Assembly: GCF_006345805.1 (NCBI RefSeq)
Contig: NC_043006.1
Location: 17,546,001-17,610,000 of the forward strand
DNA length: 64,000 nt
Source: Octopus sinensis
Taxonomy: Eukaryota
Direction: 5' to 3'
Shown: piece after piece, positions 52,193 through 64,000 of the stretch
How the letters are laid out: each line of letters begins with the position of its first letter
Position numbering within the stretch: position 1 is the stretch's first letter
Program-made: the position numbers and the translations under genes
The notes under the pieces: model-generated
Seen by the model: only the letters and a program-made list of their open reading frames with translations
What the model was told of the DNA's origin: nothing
The model's database searches: none

Positions 52193-54138
52193 GTAAGGTG
52201 GATGTTAGTAGACTGTAGTTAACTGGTTATTTGCGAAGAACTTAGAAGTGATTTGAGTCTAAATGATAGATGAAATTTAAATGCAGCAAATGTTATGTGG
52301 AATCTTGGATGTTGGGTTTCTAGGAGCAAGACTCACAGAGTCTCGACATTTTTTATTTATTTATTTTTTCTTTACTGGTTTTAGTTTTTAGTGGGTTGCT
52401 GCTATATTAGAGCATCCCTTCCATAGATCTGGTTGGTCCGATTGATTTCTGTCTGGTGCTTGTTCCATTGATCTTTAGGCGTGGAACTGTTAATTTACTA
52501 GACATAAAGAGACGCAACAAAAACAATACAAGCTTTAATAACCATTAATTATGGACACACCTGTCTGTGTGTGTATGTATGATGGGTTTCCCCACAGTTT
52601 CCAACTTTGAAAGTTCCATTCATAAAGCATTTGGCAACCTAGGGCCAAAGGTATCACATGATGGGATCAAGCACAGAACTACATGATTGAAGACTAAACT
52701 CTTTAATCACAAGCCTATAAAGGAGAGAAAAAAAACACAAAAGAACTAATATGGGTGAAGGCAAAACTACTCACCTAAATGTATTTGGTTGATGTTTATT
52801 GCTGCCAGGTTAAGGAATTTTAGCTATTTCTTTCCTGTGAAATAAACATACAATACATACTTAACTTTAAATAATGGATAGATTACATTTAGCGACTCAG
52901 AGAGTGTCTGGAATGCTAATGTACTGTAGTTGAAAGGGAACTGCATACAAAAAGATATTAATATTTATATATGAGAATATTAACTGATGGATAAATTTGT
53001 AAGTCTAGTGAAGTAGGTAACAAAATATTATATTATCTTCTTTATGTTTTTTGCTATTAATATTGGAAATTTATACTGACAGACGTCCAGACTGTGTACT
53101 ATTGAGTAATATTCTCATTTTTCTCTTTAAGTGGAAGAGCTGAAATCTGAGAAAGTTCATCAAATGGCATGTGTTGATTATATAAAACAAATGTGGCCCA
53201 TCATTTTCAATGGAGAAATAGGGTGGGCAGGGATGGTAGCTGTGGTGGTGGACTGAATTGAAATTTAAGGCCTTGTATATAAATTATATTGTACAGGTTC
53301 TCAACATACAAGCTGTCTTCAGTATGCTAAAGAGATTTTTGCTATGAAGTAAAAATACTAAAATGGTTTTATGCAGATTACTTATAGGTATAGGTGTGAC
53401 TGTGGGGTTAAGAAGTTTTTCTTTTCTTACCAGCCCCACTTTCTTACCAGCCCCACTTACCAGCCCCACTTTCAGTCCCACTGCATTGCACCTTGAGCAA
53501 ACGTTTTTTATTGTAGCCCCACTTCTTACCAGCCCCACTTTCAGTCCCACTGCATTGCACCTTGGGCAAATGTTTTTTATTGTAGCCCTGGGCTAACCAA
53601 ACCCTTGTGAGTGGATTTAGTGGAGGAAAACTGATAGAGAAGCCTGTTGTGTGTGTGAGTGTATATATATATTTATGTGTGTGTGTGTGTGTGGAAAAGT
53701 GGATGTTAAAACGATGATGTATCAGTAATCATTATTGGTGATGATGCTGGTCATTGTCATCACTTTGGCTAACAGGACTTTAGGAAATGGATTGCCAAAT
53801 TTACAAAAAGATACCCTGGGCATGTGAGTATGAACATACACGCACACATATGTGTGAGCTATGGAAAAGGGCAAAGAAATGCTATGGAGACCAGATTACT
53901 AGTGCAGTTTTGACACATTTAAAGTCTACAGACTTTAAATTCCATAGTACTGCTTGTCTGGTTGTGCCTTTGATATTGGGAATATTATTGAAGTGAGGGA
54001 CAACATACAAATAGGATGGAAAAATATGGAGAGAAACAATTAATACCAATAAAAGTTGTGTGTGTGTATACTTACATTATATACACAAATATATACCCAG
54101 TATTGTACATAAATACATGTATGTATGAATATATATAT

Positions 54139-54392
54139 ATATATGACTTCTACTTTGTTATCTGCCCTTCTTCTTCGCTCTCCTGTGTGACCCTTCTGTC
54201 CGATGGTAGCCACTACACACATTTGTTTTTCTCTCCTTGTTTCTTTCTGTGTTCCTTTCTGTGGATGAGCGTAGGCTCAAAACGTAAGAGACTTTATCAA
54301 TTCCCGAGTGTGATACTAATACATCTGTTTGTTCTCTACACCACCTGTCTTTGGCTTTTATTTTTTTCGTGAATTCTCCCTATATATATATG
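54139..54392 (+). mobile_element. Penelope-like pseudo-LTR fragment between (TA)n tracts
   Basis: gatgagcgtaggctcaaaacgt motif of hammerhead/pLTR type; related 3' end at about 47245-47305. Confidence 0.5.
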
Positions 54393-55271
54393 TAATATGT
54401 ATGCATATTTAATATATACATAACAGTTAACACTGTCTTTACCATATTTTTAACTAACTGCATGACCAAATCTACCATAGCAATTGTTCACTACTTCTCT
54501 GTTTAATTGGCCAAAATGGATGTCCATGTGACAATTTTAAAAATAAAGTGTTTAATTAAATCATTTGCAAAATCCATTTAAATGAAATTCCTTTAATTAA
54601 ACGATTTGTAATCCAATTTAATCTGGTTCAGTCGATTACCACTAGCCTACCAATTCTGGCTGATGACTGTCTTTAAAAAAGAATAAGTACTTATGTTTTA
54701 GAATGATGCAAGAAATTACATGCAGATCTGCTGTTTGATCATCATTGTCTTAAATGTCAACTTCTCTATGCTTGCATGAATCAGATGGAATTTGTTGAGG
54801 TGGATTTCCCATTGCCGGATGCCTTTTTTTTTTTTTCCTCTTGTCAGCCCTCACCTGTTTTCAAGCATTTGATATTTCCACTTGTCTGCACATGTTTTCA
54901 CAATAGATTGAAAACTAGCAACACTGCTTGTACAAAGGTGACACTCTTTACAACTATTGTGCGGTGTCAAGACAAGGGGATACATACAGATACACACACA
55001 CACAATGATTAAGTAAATTGCAAAATAATAATAAAAACGTAAATTAATGATAAAAAAATAATAAAAACGTTATATATTTAAAACGAGGGTGAGAAATTAG
55101 ATATTAATTTAATTAACATCGATTTCACACCAATGGTCTAGCATATAAAAAAACTGAAGGTTCAGTAAAATTGTATTATATGCATATTAGAGGGAATCCG
55201 GTATGGTAAGACCATAGCGGATCTATTTCTAGCATAAGGGTGTCCACATAGTGGTCTCCCTCTAATATGTG

Positions 55272-55315
<44 letters not shown>

Positions 55316-55408
55316 TTAACTTCACAGTAAACCCATTCCTAACCAATGTGTTATTGGAGTTGGTGGGAGGCAACCCTTTGGATTTAGTATGTATATCTAT
55401 ATATATAT

Positions 55409-55666
55409 AACGTAAAGTATAATAGCCATCTCAATATGGCTAACCAGTAAGGGTGGGTGTTACTGTAGCTTTTAGCCCCAGGAGATCATCGTCTCCAGCT
55501 GGCTTTAGGCACACTATCTGTGCCCTTATGGTATTTGCAAATATCATAAGGGCACAGATAGTGTGCCTAAAGCCAGCTGGAGACGATGATCTCCTGGGGC
55601 TAAAAGCTACAGTAACACCCACCCTTAGTGGTTAGCCATATTGAGATGGCTATTATACTTTACGTT
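55409..55666. repeat. Spacer-less 258-bp palindrome
   Basis: Centre at 55537/55538; 129-bp arms; only two mismatches (55447/55628 and 55531/55544). Confidence 0.97.
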
Positions 55667-55710
55667 GTTGAGCGGTTTCTGTTTACATCTCGTTAAGAGA
55701 TTTATTATTG

Positions 55711-55749
<39 letters not shown>

Positions 55750-55754
<5 letters not shown>

Positions 55755-56112
55755 TAGAAAAAAACACCTTTTATCAATTCAAAATGAACAATTAAATTAC
55801 ACCATCTAAAAAATTACAAATAATAGAAATATTGAAATAAAAATAACATACCGATGATTAAGTAAATTGCAAAATAATAATTAAAACGTAAAATAATGAT
55901 AAAAAAATAATAAAAACGTTATTTTACCAAATATATATGTTTTTATTTGTTATTCTACTAAATATATATGTTTTTATTATTATTTTGCAATTTACTTAAT
56001 CATCAGTATATTATTGTTATTTTAATTTTAATATTTCTATTATATGTAATTTTCTAGATGGTGTAATTTAATTGTTCATTTTGAATTGATAAAAGTAGAT
56101 TTTTCTAATTTT
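55750..56112. mobile_element. TA-anchored foldback element (taaattagaaaa family, Penelope-like inverted arrangement)
   Basis: 55750-55886 is inverted at about 55968-56112; homologous to 58298-58445. Confidence 0.65.
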
Positions 56113-57121
56113 TATTTATATATGTATATATATCCATACACATATACAATGGGTTTCATGTACTAAATCCACTTATAAGACTTTGGATCTACCTTGGGGC
56201 TCTAGGATAAGACAGTTGTCTATGAAACCATGCAGTGGGACTAAACTCTAAAACCATCTGGTTGGGAAGCAAACTTCTTAAGCATACAGCTATGCCTGCA
56301 GCTATCCATTTCAAATTAAAGGTAATTTAATAATTATTTAGCTTTGATCGATATGACTTCCAGTTGTTACGACTTTATTTTTTGCTATATTTGCCTGAGA
56401 GAATGTAATAAATATAGAAGTTTGAAGCCTTTTTTTTAATCATAAGTTGTTAGAATAAGTTCTTGATTAACTAATTTTGTTCAGAGTACAAAGAACATCT
56501 CATTTGAATAAATCTTTCTTCTTTCATAGAAACAATATGCGAATTAAATTCTATAATCACTATTGTTTTAAATGTTCTCATTTAATTAGTTTATAGTGAT
56601 TTTTATATCTCAGCCAGTGTTGGGAATTTTCTTTGTCTACTTAATTCTACTCTGTTACCAGTATTGGCTATGTAGGGGATTCTCATGCCATTGTTTTATC
56701 ATGACATTCAATGGCCCCATTGTTAGCTTAGACACTTAATTGTCTTACAAGTTTTGCCAGTTTTTTCCTTTTCTTCATAACTGCTTATTAATTCAGACAT
56801 AGTTTTTGTATTTGTTGAGTTCCTTGAAGATGGAAATCAAGTTTTTATTTTGTTCATATTTTGTAGTTTAATTAATTTTCAATGATTCTAAACTAAATGA
56901 GTTTGTAGTCTTACGGTGCATAATTTACAGGGCTTCAAACAAACCAGCACCTGTTGTTCAGCAGTGGTAGGTGTGACAAACACAACACACACACACACAT
57001 ATATGCACACACATATGATGGGCTTCTACACAGTTTCTATCTGCTAAATTCACTCATAAGGCATTGGTCAGCACAGTGCAGTAGTAGAAGATATTTACCT
57101 AACTAGAAGATATTTACCTAA

Positions 57122-57352
57122 AGGCGGTAAGCTGGCAGAAACCTTAGCACGCCGGGCGAAATGCGTGGCCGTATTTCGTCTGCCGCTACGTTCTGAGTTC
57201 AAATTCCGCTGAGGTCGACTTTGCCTTTCATCCTTTCGGGGTCGATAAATTAAGTACCAGTTACGCACTGGGATCGATCTAATCGACTTAATCCGTTTGT
57301 CTGTCCTTGTTTGTCCCCTCTGTGCTTAGCCCCTTGTGGGTGGTAAAGAAAT
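57122..57352 (+). mobile_element. Young SINE family A inserted in an old family B copy
   Basis: TSD agatatttacctaa (57108-57121 and 57353-57366). Confidence 0.9.
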
Positions 57353-58297
57353 AGATATTTACCTAAGGTGTCATGCAGAAGGACTGAACCTGAATCTATG
57401 GGTTTGTAAAATGAGCTTTAACAACACAGCCATGCCTATTAGCTAATGTTCTAAAGTAATCGCTATACATCTTCTACTAAATAACCCTGTTAGCTAACCT
57501 TTTAAAGTAATTGCTATACGTGTTGTACTAAATAACCCTATTGCTACCATTCTGTTCTGCTTGATAGCACTGCATCAAATCAATCATTGAAGTTTCATTT
57601 CACAATATTAATCCATTTTACTGGTTTGCTCTTTTATTTTCACAGATTGCATCTTAAATATCCTTGCTTGTGTTTATGTTTGTTTCATTTGCTTTTTGTT
57701 TTTATTAATTAATTTTGAATTAAATCAGCATGTAATGAGGAACCTGTCTAATTGTTTCATTAATGATTTTATTTTAATGAACTTTTACACAATTATCTTG
57801 GTTAGATAGTTTATTGGTGTTTTAAAATTTTCAAGCTAAATTCTGACTTAGATTTGAGAATTCTGGCTGGCTAGCTATGTCAGAAACCATTGTCAGTGAG
57901 TTTCACTGAAGTTTAAAGCAAGCTACTGTTGATAGTGGATGTATGGTAAATGCATGCCATCTTGGGCAAGTGTCTTCTGCTATAGCTTTGGGCCAACCAA
58001 AGCCTTGTGAGTTCATTTGCTAGAGAGAAACCGAAAGAATCCCGTTGTATATGTGTATGTGTCTTTGTGTCTCTGCTTGTCCCCTCATCGTTGTTTGACA
58101 ACTGGTTTTGATGTGTTTATGTCACCATAACTTACCAGTTCAATAAAAGGAATTGATAGAATAAGTACTAGGCTTAAAAGAGTTAAGTCCTAGGGTTGAT
58201 TTATTTGACTAAGACCCATGGCTGCAGCCAACTGAAACAAGTAAATGAATAATAATTTGAAACAGAGATTCTGTATTTTGTATATATATGTATATAT

Positions 58298-58445
58298 ATA
58301 CATGTATATAAATTAGAAAAGAACCACCATATAGCAATTCAACAATGATATAATTAAATCATACCATATAGAAAAAATTAAAGATACGATAAAACATTTA
58401 CCTAGAAGCTATATGGTGGTTCTTCTCTAATTTATATACATGTAT
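58298..58445. mobile_element. Short foldback element with 38-bp inverted arms
   Basis: atacatgtatataaattagaaaagaaccaccatatagc versus its reverse complement at 58408-58445, one mismatch. Confidence 0.8.
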
Positions 58446-58552
58446 TATATATTGTGAAATTTTATTTAGTATTACTAAATTGAATTTTTCCCTGTAAGTT
58501 TGGAATCATATTCTTTAATACTATTATATGCATATATATATATATAAAGTAG

Positions 58553-58593
<41 letters not shown>

Positions 58594-59194
58594 GTATATA
58601 TGGGAGGCAAACATAGTGCATGATGTAGAAATGCTAGGCAGTGAAGAGATGTAGAGATGTAGTTTGGGTTGTTGTGGTAGAGTATGTGAGAAGTTTTGAA
58701 CCCTCAGTACTACCTTTGCAGACCCCAGTTTGGGAACAACTGGATTAATTGATGAGTGCATGTGTGTATGTGTGTACACACTCTCATATATACACACACC
58801 TATAACACATGTTATTTAAGCAGAATTGTATGAAAGCAAAAAAATATTTGAAATGCAAATTCAAAAATGTCAAATGTGTAGTTTGAATTTGCATCTCACT
58901 TCATGAAATCTTCTCTTGATTTAATTAATCAGTTTTTTAGCTTTCTAATTTAATTGCTGAATTTATGTCAACATTATGAAATTATACTAAATTATAATTT
59001 GGTGAAATGGGCTTTCAAACTGTAAGAGAAAATGCATTTGCTGACACTCCGTCTCTTATAAATTTGTGGTTATTGAAATTAATAAAATAAATATAATCCA
59101 TTAAATAAACAGCTGAAGCGAGAACTAAATATTTGGGAAGCAAGCCTCTAACTACACAGCCACCCCTTTGCATATATGTATGTTTGTATGCATG

Positions 59195-59225
<31 letters not shown>

Positions 59226-60742
59226 ATGTATGTATATGAAGGCTTGTGGCTTAGTGGTTAGGGTATTCGGCTCATGATTGTAAGGTCATGAGTTCAATTC
59301 CGAGTGATGAGTTACGTCTTTATGCAAGACACCTTATTTCATGTTGCTTCAGTCCAGTCCACTAGCAAAAAGGAGTAGTCCCTGTATTTCAAAGAGCCAG
59401 CCTTGTCATGCTGAATCTCCCTGAGAACTACGTTATGGGTACATGTATCTGTGGAGTGCTCAGCCACTTGCACATTAATTTCATGAGCAGGCTCTTCCAT
59501 TGACCAGATCAAATGGAATCCCCTCGTTGTAACCAATGTGTGTGTGTGTGTGTGTGTAAATGTATATGCTTATGCATAGGTGGGTATTTTACTGTCTCCT
59601 GATGGTTGTAAATGAGCATCACCATCATACAAGCAGTACCTTTCAATTCCAATCTTAGAAATGTCTGTTCCCCTCCACAGCTTGACAACTGCAGTTAGTC
59701 TTAACATCCCCATAACTTAGCAGTTCAGTGATAGAGACCAATAGGATAAGTACCGGGATTAAAAACAAAAAAGTACTGGGGTCGATTTGTTTAGCTAAAA
59801 ATTCTTCAAGCTGGCGCCCCAGCATGGCCACAGTCGAACGACTGATGTTAGAAGTTAAAAGATAAATCTGGTATATAAATTTGAGGCAGTATTAAATTAA
59901 AATAAGCATCTATGAATCATCATGTATATACACCCATGACTGGCCAAGAGGAAATGGTATCTTACTTGGAACAGGTGAGGGTTGGCAACTGGAAAGGCAT
60001 CCAGCCATAGAATATCTACCTCAATGAATTCTGTCCAATCTGTGCATGGATGGAAAAGTGGGTTGTAAAAAAATAAAAATGATGATGATGAATGTATATG
60101 TTAGGATGTTAAAAAACTAATATAGAAAATGTCTGAAATTAAATAAAATTTAGGTAAAAACAAAGGAATGACATGTATTTTCATGCAGTTATTCATACTA
60201 GCATAGTGGTTAAAGTGTGGGTGATGATGATTATGTAAAAGTGAATTCAATACACAAATTGGATGCACATTAAGAAGGACTTGTAGAGAATTGTATAGAA
60301 ATAAACATTAAAAAGCTAAAGTGAAAAATAAAAGGAAAGCTTAATTTGAAAAATAAATACGTATAAATTTGTTTTCTTTTCTCATTATGTAATATATATT
60401 TATCAAAAATGTTGATTTAAAAATATCAAAGAAAAATTGACAAAGTATGTCTTGAGTAATTAAATAGAAAAGTGGAAACATTTTCAGAAATATTCAAAAG
60501 AAATTGTACGTGCAAATAACTTCTCTGTCACCAAATAAAATTTTAATGTGTAATATTTTTGAGAATGCGTTTTGTGTTTTTCTCTGTTTCTTCTTTAATT
60601 AAATTGAGTGAACCGAAATTAGGAAGTTTGAACAAAACTAAATTGAGAAAACTTTTACGCAATGCATATAAATACAAGATATATATATATGTGTATTATG
60701 TATACATGTATGTGTCTATAACCATCTCTCTCTCTCTCTTTC

Positions 60743-60841
<99 letters not shown>

Positions 60842-61120
60842 GGTTGGAGACGATGTACAGGTATTTTGTATTAGAAGAAATGAGGTACTCAGAAATTTGG
60901 ATGGTTTTATATTTACAGATATTTATTTGTATATTACTTGTTTTTATACATCATATAACATATATTAGCGCTTTCGTCCATTCTAGTGGAGTTTTCAAAT
61001 TGAACTAAGTTCTTGGGGGAAAATTTGACCATTTTTATAGTGTTATTGAGTGTGTAGTGGTGGGGAGGAATATGAGATAGTACAAGAGTGTGATGAATGG
61101 GGAGAAAGTGAGAGAGAGCA

Positions 61121-61162
<42 letters not shown>

Positions 61163-61248
61163 TTTGTATCTGAAAGTGTTGGAGAAAAAGAAGGAAAGGG
61201 AGAGAAAGAAGAAACAATTGTTTTGTTAGTCTTTTTTGTATATATATA

Positions 61249-61378
61249 CAGGGTGTCCCAAAAAATGTATACACATAGTGGTTCGGCAAAAGAGAACGAT
61301 AGAATAAGTACTAGGCTTACAAAGAATAACAAATTTACAATTATTTAAGGTGTGTATACATTTTTTTGGGACACCCTG
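61249..61378. mobile_element. Tc1/mariner-type MITE with TA TSD whose interior is a SINE B fragment
   Basis: TIRs cagggtgtcccaaaaaatgtatacac / gtgtatacatttttttgggacaccctg inside (TA)n. Confidence 0.85.
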
Positions 61379-61410
<32 letters not shown>

Positions 61411-62654
61411 TATACATGCACAGACAAATGTTGGTGTGTATGCATGTGTGTATATATAGGTATATATGTATATGTGTTTGTATATACTTGTATGTGTGTG
61501 TGTACATGTATCCTATAGTTTTGCATCTGTTTTTCTATGCTACCATGTGTTGGCTGTGACATAGTCTGGTAGTATCCTATGGCCAGTTGCCTGCCCTGTT
61601 GCCAAGCCTTGTTTACCAAGGTAGGTATTGTTGTTCCACTGGTTTTTTTCCACATCAAAACCAACAAAATTCACCAATCTGTGGAACATGTTGTTTATGG
61701 AAGTGTAAATAGAAGACAATAATCTTGTATCAGTCCCAACATGAAAATGTGAGTAACCAAACACTGAAACACATAGTCATATAATATATTTGATGTGCTT
61801 TTCTACATGTGACTCTCAAAGCTTTGGTCAAACTGGAGCTATAGTAGTGATGGTACCACATGGGCTGGAGCTTGAAACCACTTGCTATGTGTTTTTATGT
61901 GTGTGTGTGAATCTCTTAAAATGTCAAATGTAAAATGGACATTGATCTAAGGAGAGATAACTCAATACTGCTGGTTACATCTGTTTCAACCTTTTGATAC
62001 CAACCTGCCTGAGAGTGTCTATAATGCAACCTTCCTGTTTTAAAGTGATTTAAATTAAAACCTTCCATCAGAATTTCATATAAACTCATATTCCAAACAC
62101 CAGTTTAAATAAAGCCAAAATTATTTTTACTAAAGTCTTTATCATTTACAAAATTAATTAAAATGTAGACAGTGTCTTTCAACAGCAATATAGTAACTAA
62201 AGTGACCACTGTATATCATATTTAATCCATTAGCATTTAAACTGGTCATATCCAGCCCAAATATTCTACATGTTTTATGTTCAAACTACCCATATCAGGA
62301 CTCTCACACCTATCCTACTATGCCATTCTAAATATAAACAATCACATCATCAAAATATCAAAGCTATGAGTTAATGTATGAATTATTTAAGATGATGTGA
62401 ATAAATTAGCATTATATTTGACAGAAATATGAATGCTTAAGGATTAATACCTGTACACCACTGATGGGCCAGCTGCTATGGTGTCTGTCTTGGATGACAT
62501 CTCAAAACATGCTATTTTGAAAGCAATGAATATCAGAAGGAGACACAAAAATCGCTCTTTGCACTGACATGTACTGTCATAAGAAGGCTGAAATGCACCT
62601 GATGTTCTTGCTGGCCACTGACTGGGATGAATTTTTGTCACCCTCCAAATATTT

Positions 62655-62995
62655 GTGTTTTTGAGCGTGATCGTTGCCAGAGCGGCTCTCTGGCCTTTGT
62701 GCCAGTGGCACGTAAAAGACACCATTCGAGCGTGATCATTAGCAGCATCACCTTACTGGCACCTGTGCTGGTGGCATGTGTAAAAGATTCGAGCGGTGAT
62801 AAATATTCCCGGTGGCACGTAAAAGCACCCACTACACTCTCGAAGTGGTTGGCGTTAGGAAGGGCATCCAGCTGTAGAAACTCCGCCAGATCAAGATTGG
62901 AGCCTGGTGCAGCCATCTGGTTCGCCAGCCCTCAGTCATTCATCCAACCCATGCTAGCATGGAAAGCGGATGTTAAACGATGATGATGATGAACT
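62655..62995 (+). mobile_element. SINE family C with internal repeats
   Basis: gagcgtgatcgttgcc / ggtggcacgtaaaag repeats, then the standard 3' end and (GAT)n. Confidence 0.85.
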
Positions 62996-63129
62996 GCATC
63001 TTCATTCATCAGAAATGTTATCTTAAGATAAATATCCCCAGTAACTGACCTGTCATGGGTGTATATACATGATGATTCACAGGTGCCTATTTTAGTTTAA
63101 TCCTGCCTCAATTTTATATATCAGATTTA

Positions 63130-63327
63130 TCTTTTAACTTCTAACATCAGTTGTTTGAATGTGGCCATGCTGGGGCACCACCTTGAAGAATTTTTAGCTA
63201 AGCAAATCGACCCCAGTACTTTTTTTGTTTTTAATCCTGGTACTTATCCTATTGGTTTCTATTACTGAACTGCTAAGTTATGGGGATGTTAAGATTCTAA
63301 CTGCAGTTGTCAAGCTGTGGAGGGGGA

Positions 63328-63395
<68 letters not shown>

Positions 63396-63560
63396 TACAT
63401 ACATATGACAGGCTTCTTTCAGTTTCCATCTATCACATCCACTCACAAAGCTTTGGTCAGTCCAAGGCTATATTAGGACATAACTGCCCATGGTGCTACA
63501 CAGTGAGGCTGAATCTAGAACCATGTAGTTGGGAAGCAAGTTTCTTACCACACAGCCATG
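63130..63560 (-). mobile_element. Degenerate SINE family B with expanded (CA)n
   Basis: Colinear with younger family B copies. Confidence 0.75.
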
Positions 63561-64000
63561 GCTTGCTCCTATTTAGTAATGGAAAGTTTATTTTGTTCAA
63601 TAAATTTTGAAAGACATGCTCATGTGCATACATGTGTGCACATACATGAGTATCTACATGTAGCTGCATAGTTTTCATCTATCAAATTTATGATAGAAAA
63701 CAATGCCCAAAGCACTCCACTCCACAGAGATATTGAACCCAAAACCACAGGATTCCAAACTGAACGTCTTAACCACACATTGATACTTGCCTGTTTATTG
63801 AAATACATCTGTTAGATGTATTCATAACCACTTCTACTGATCTTTTTTGAAAAAAAGATACCATAACCAGTTTTGTCATGCACTAAATCACATGTCCTGT
63901 GAGTTAACTCATGATTCTTTACTGTCAAGTATTATGCATTGCACAAGCCATGTGAAGTTTAACTATGATCTTAAGTCACAAGTGCCAAAGACAGTTTCCT

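Noticed and set aside
55440-55635. Twin near-identical 60-aa ORFs on opposite strands
   Set aside because: A direct consequence of the palindrome.
62655-62830. Repeat-spacer-like pattern (also 14440-14660, 42075-43250) suggesting CRISPR
   Set aside because: Internal repeats of SINEs in a eukaryotic genome; spacers are related to each other and there are no cas genes.

Overview
AT-rich eukaryotic (animal) genomic DNA. The SINE families look like those of octopus or another coleoid cephalopod; this is recognition from memory, not a search. I cannot confidently identify any host protein-coding exon, rRNA, intact tRNA gene or CRISPR array. The window reads as very long intron(s) or intergenic DNA packed with repeats. 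These include at least five tRNA-headed or RTE-tailed SINE families (several with clean target-site duplications, two in head-to-tail arrays), piggyBac-type TTAA MITEs, Tc1/mariner derivatives, and decayed LINE fragments (RTE, R4/Dong, CR1/jockey-group). There is also an internally deleted Helentron that keeps its C-terminal endonuclease domain, a cluster of Penelope-like foldback elements, a ~1 kb polypyrimidine minisatellite and many microsatellites. Almost all ORFs in the supplied track are artefacts of these repeats. The most interesting non-TE signal is at 28.2-28.6 kb: a textbook AG|GTAAGT recursive-splice-like site, a second equal-length 26-nt candidate exon whose donor sits in a perfect 19-bp hairpin, and an adjacent U1-5'-end-like sequence. 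Also notable are several long near-perfect palindromes and locally templated inverted duplications. All splicing interpretations are inference and need RNA data.
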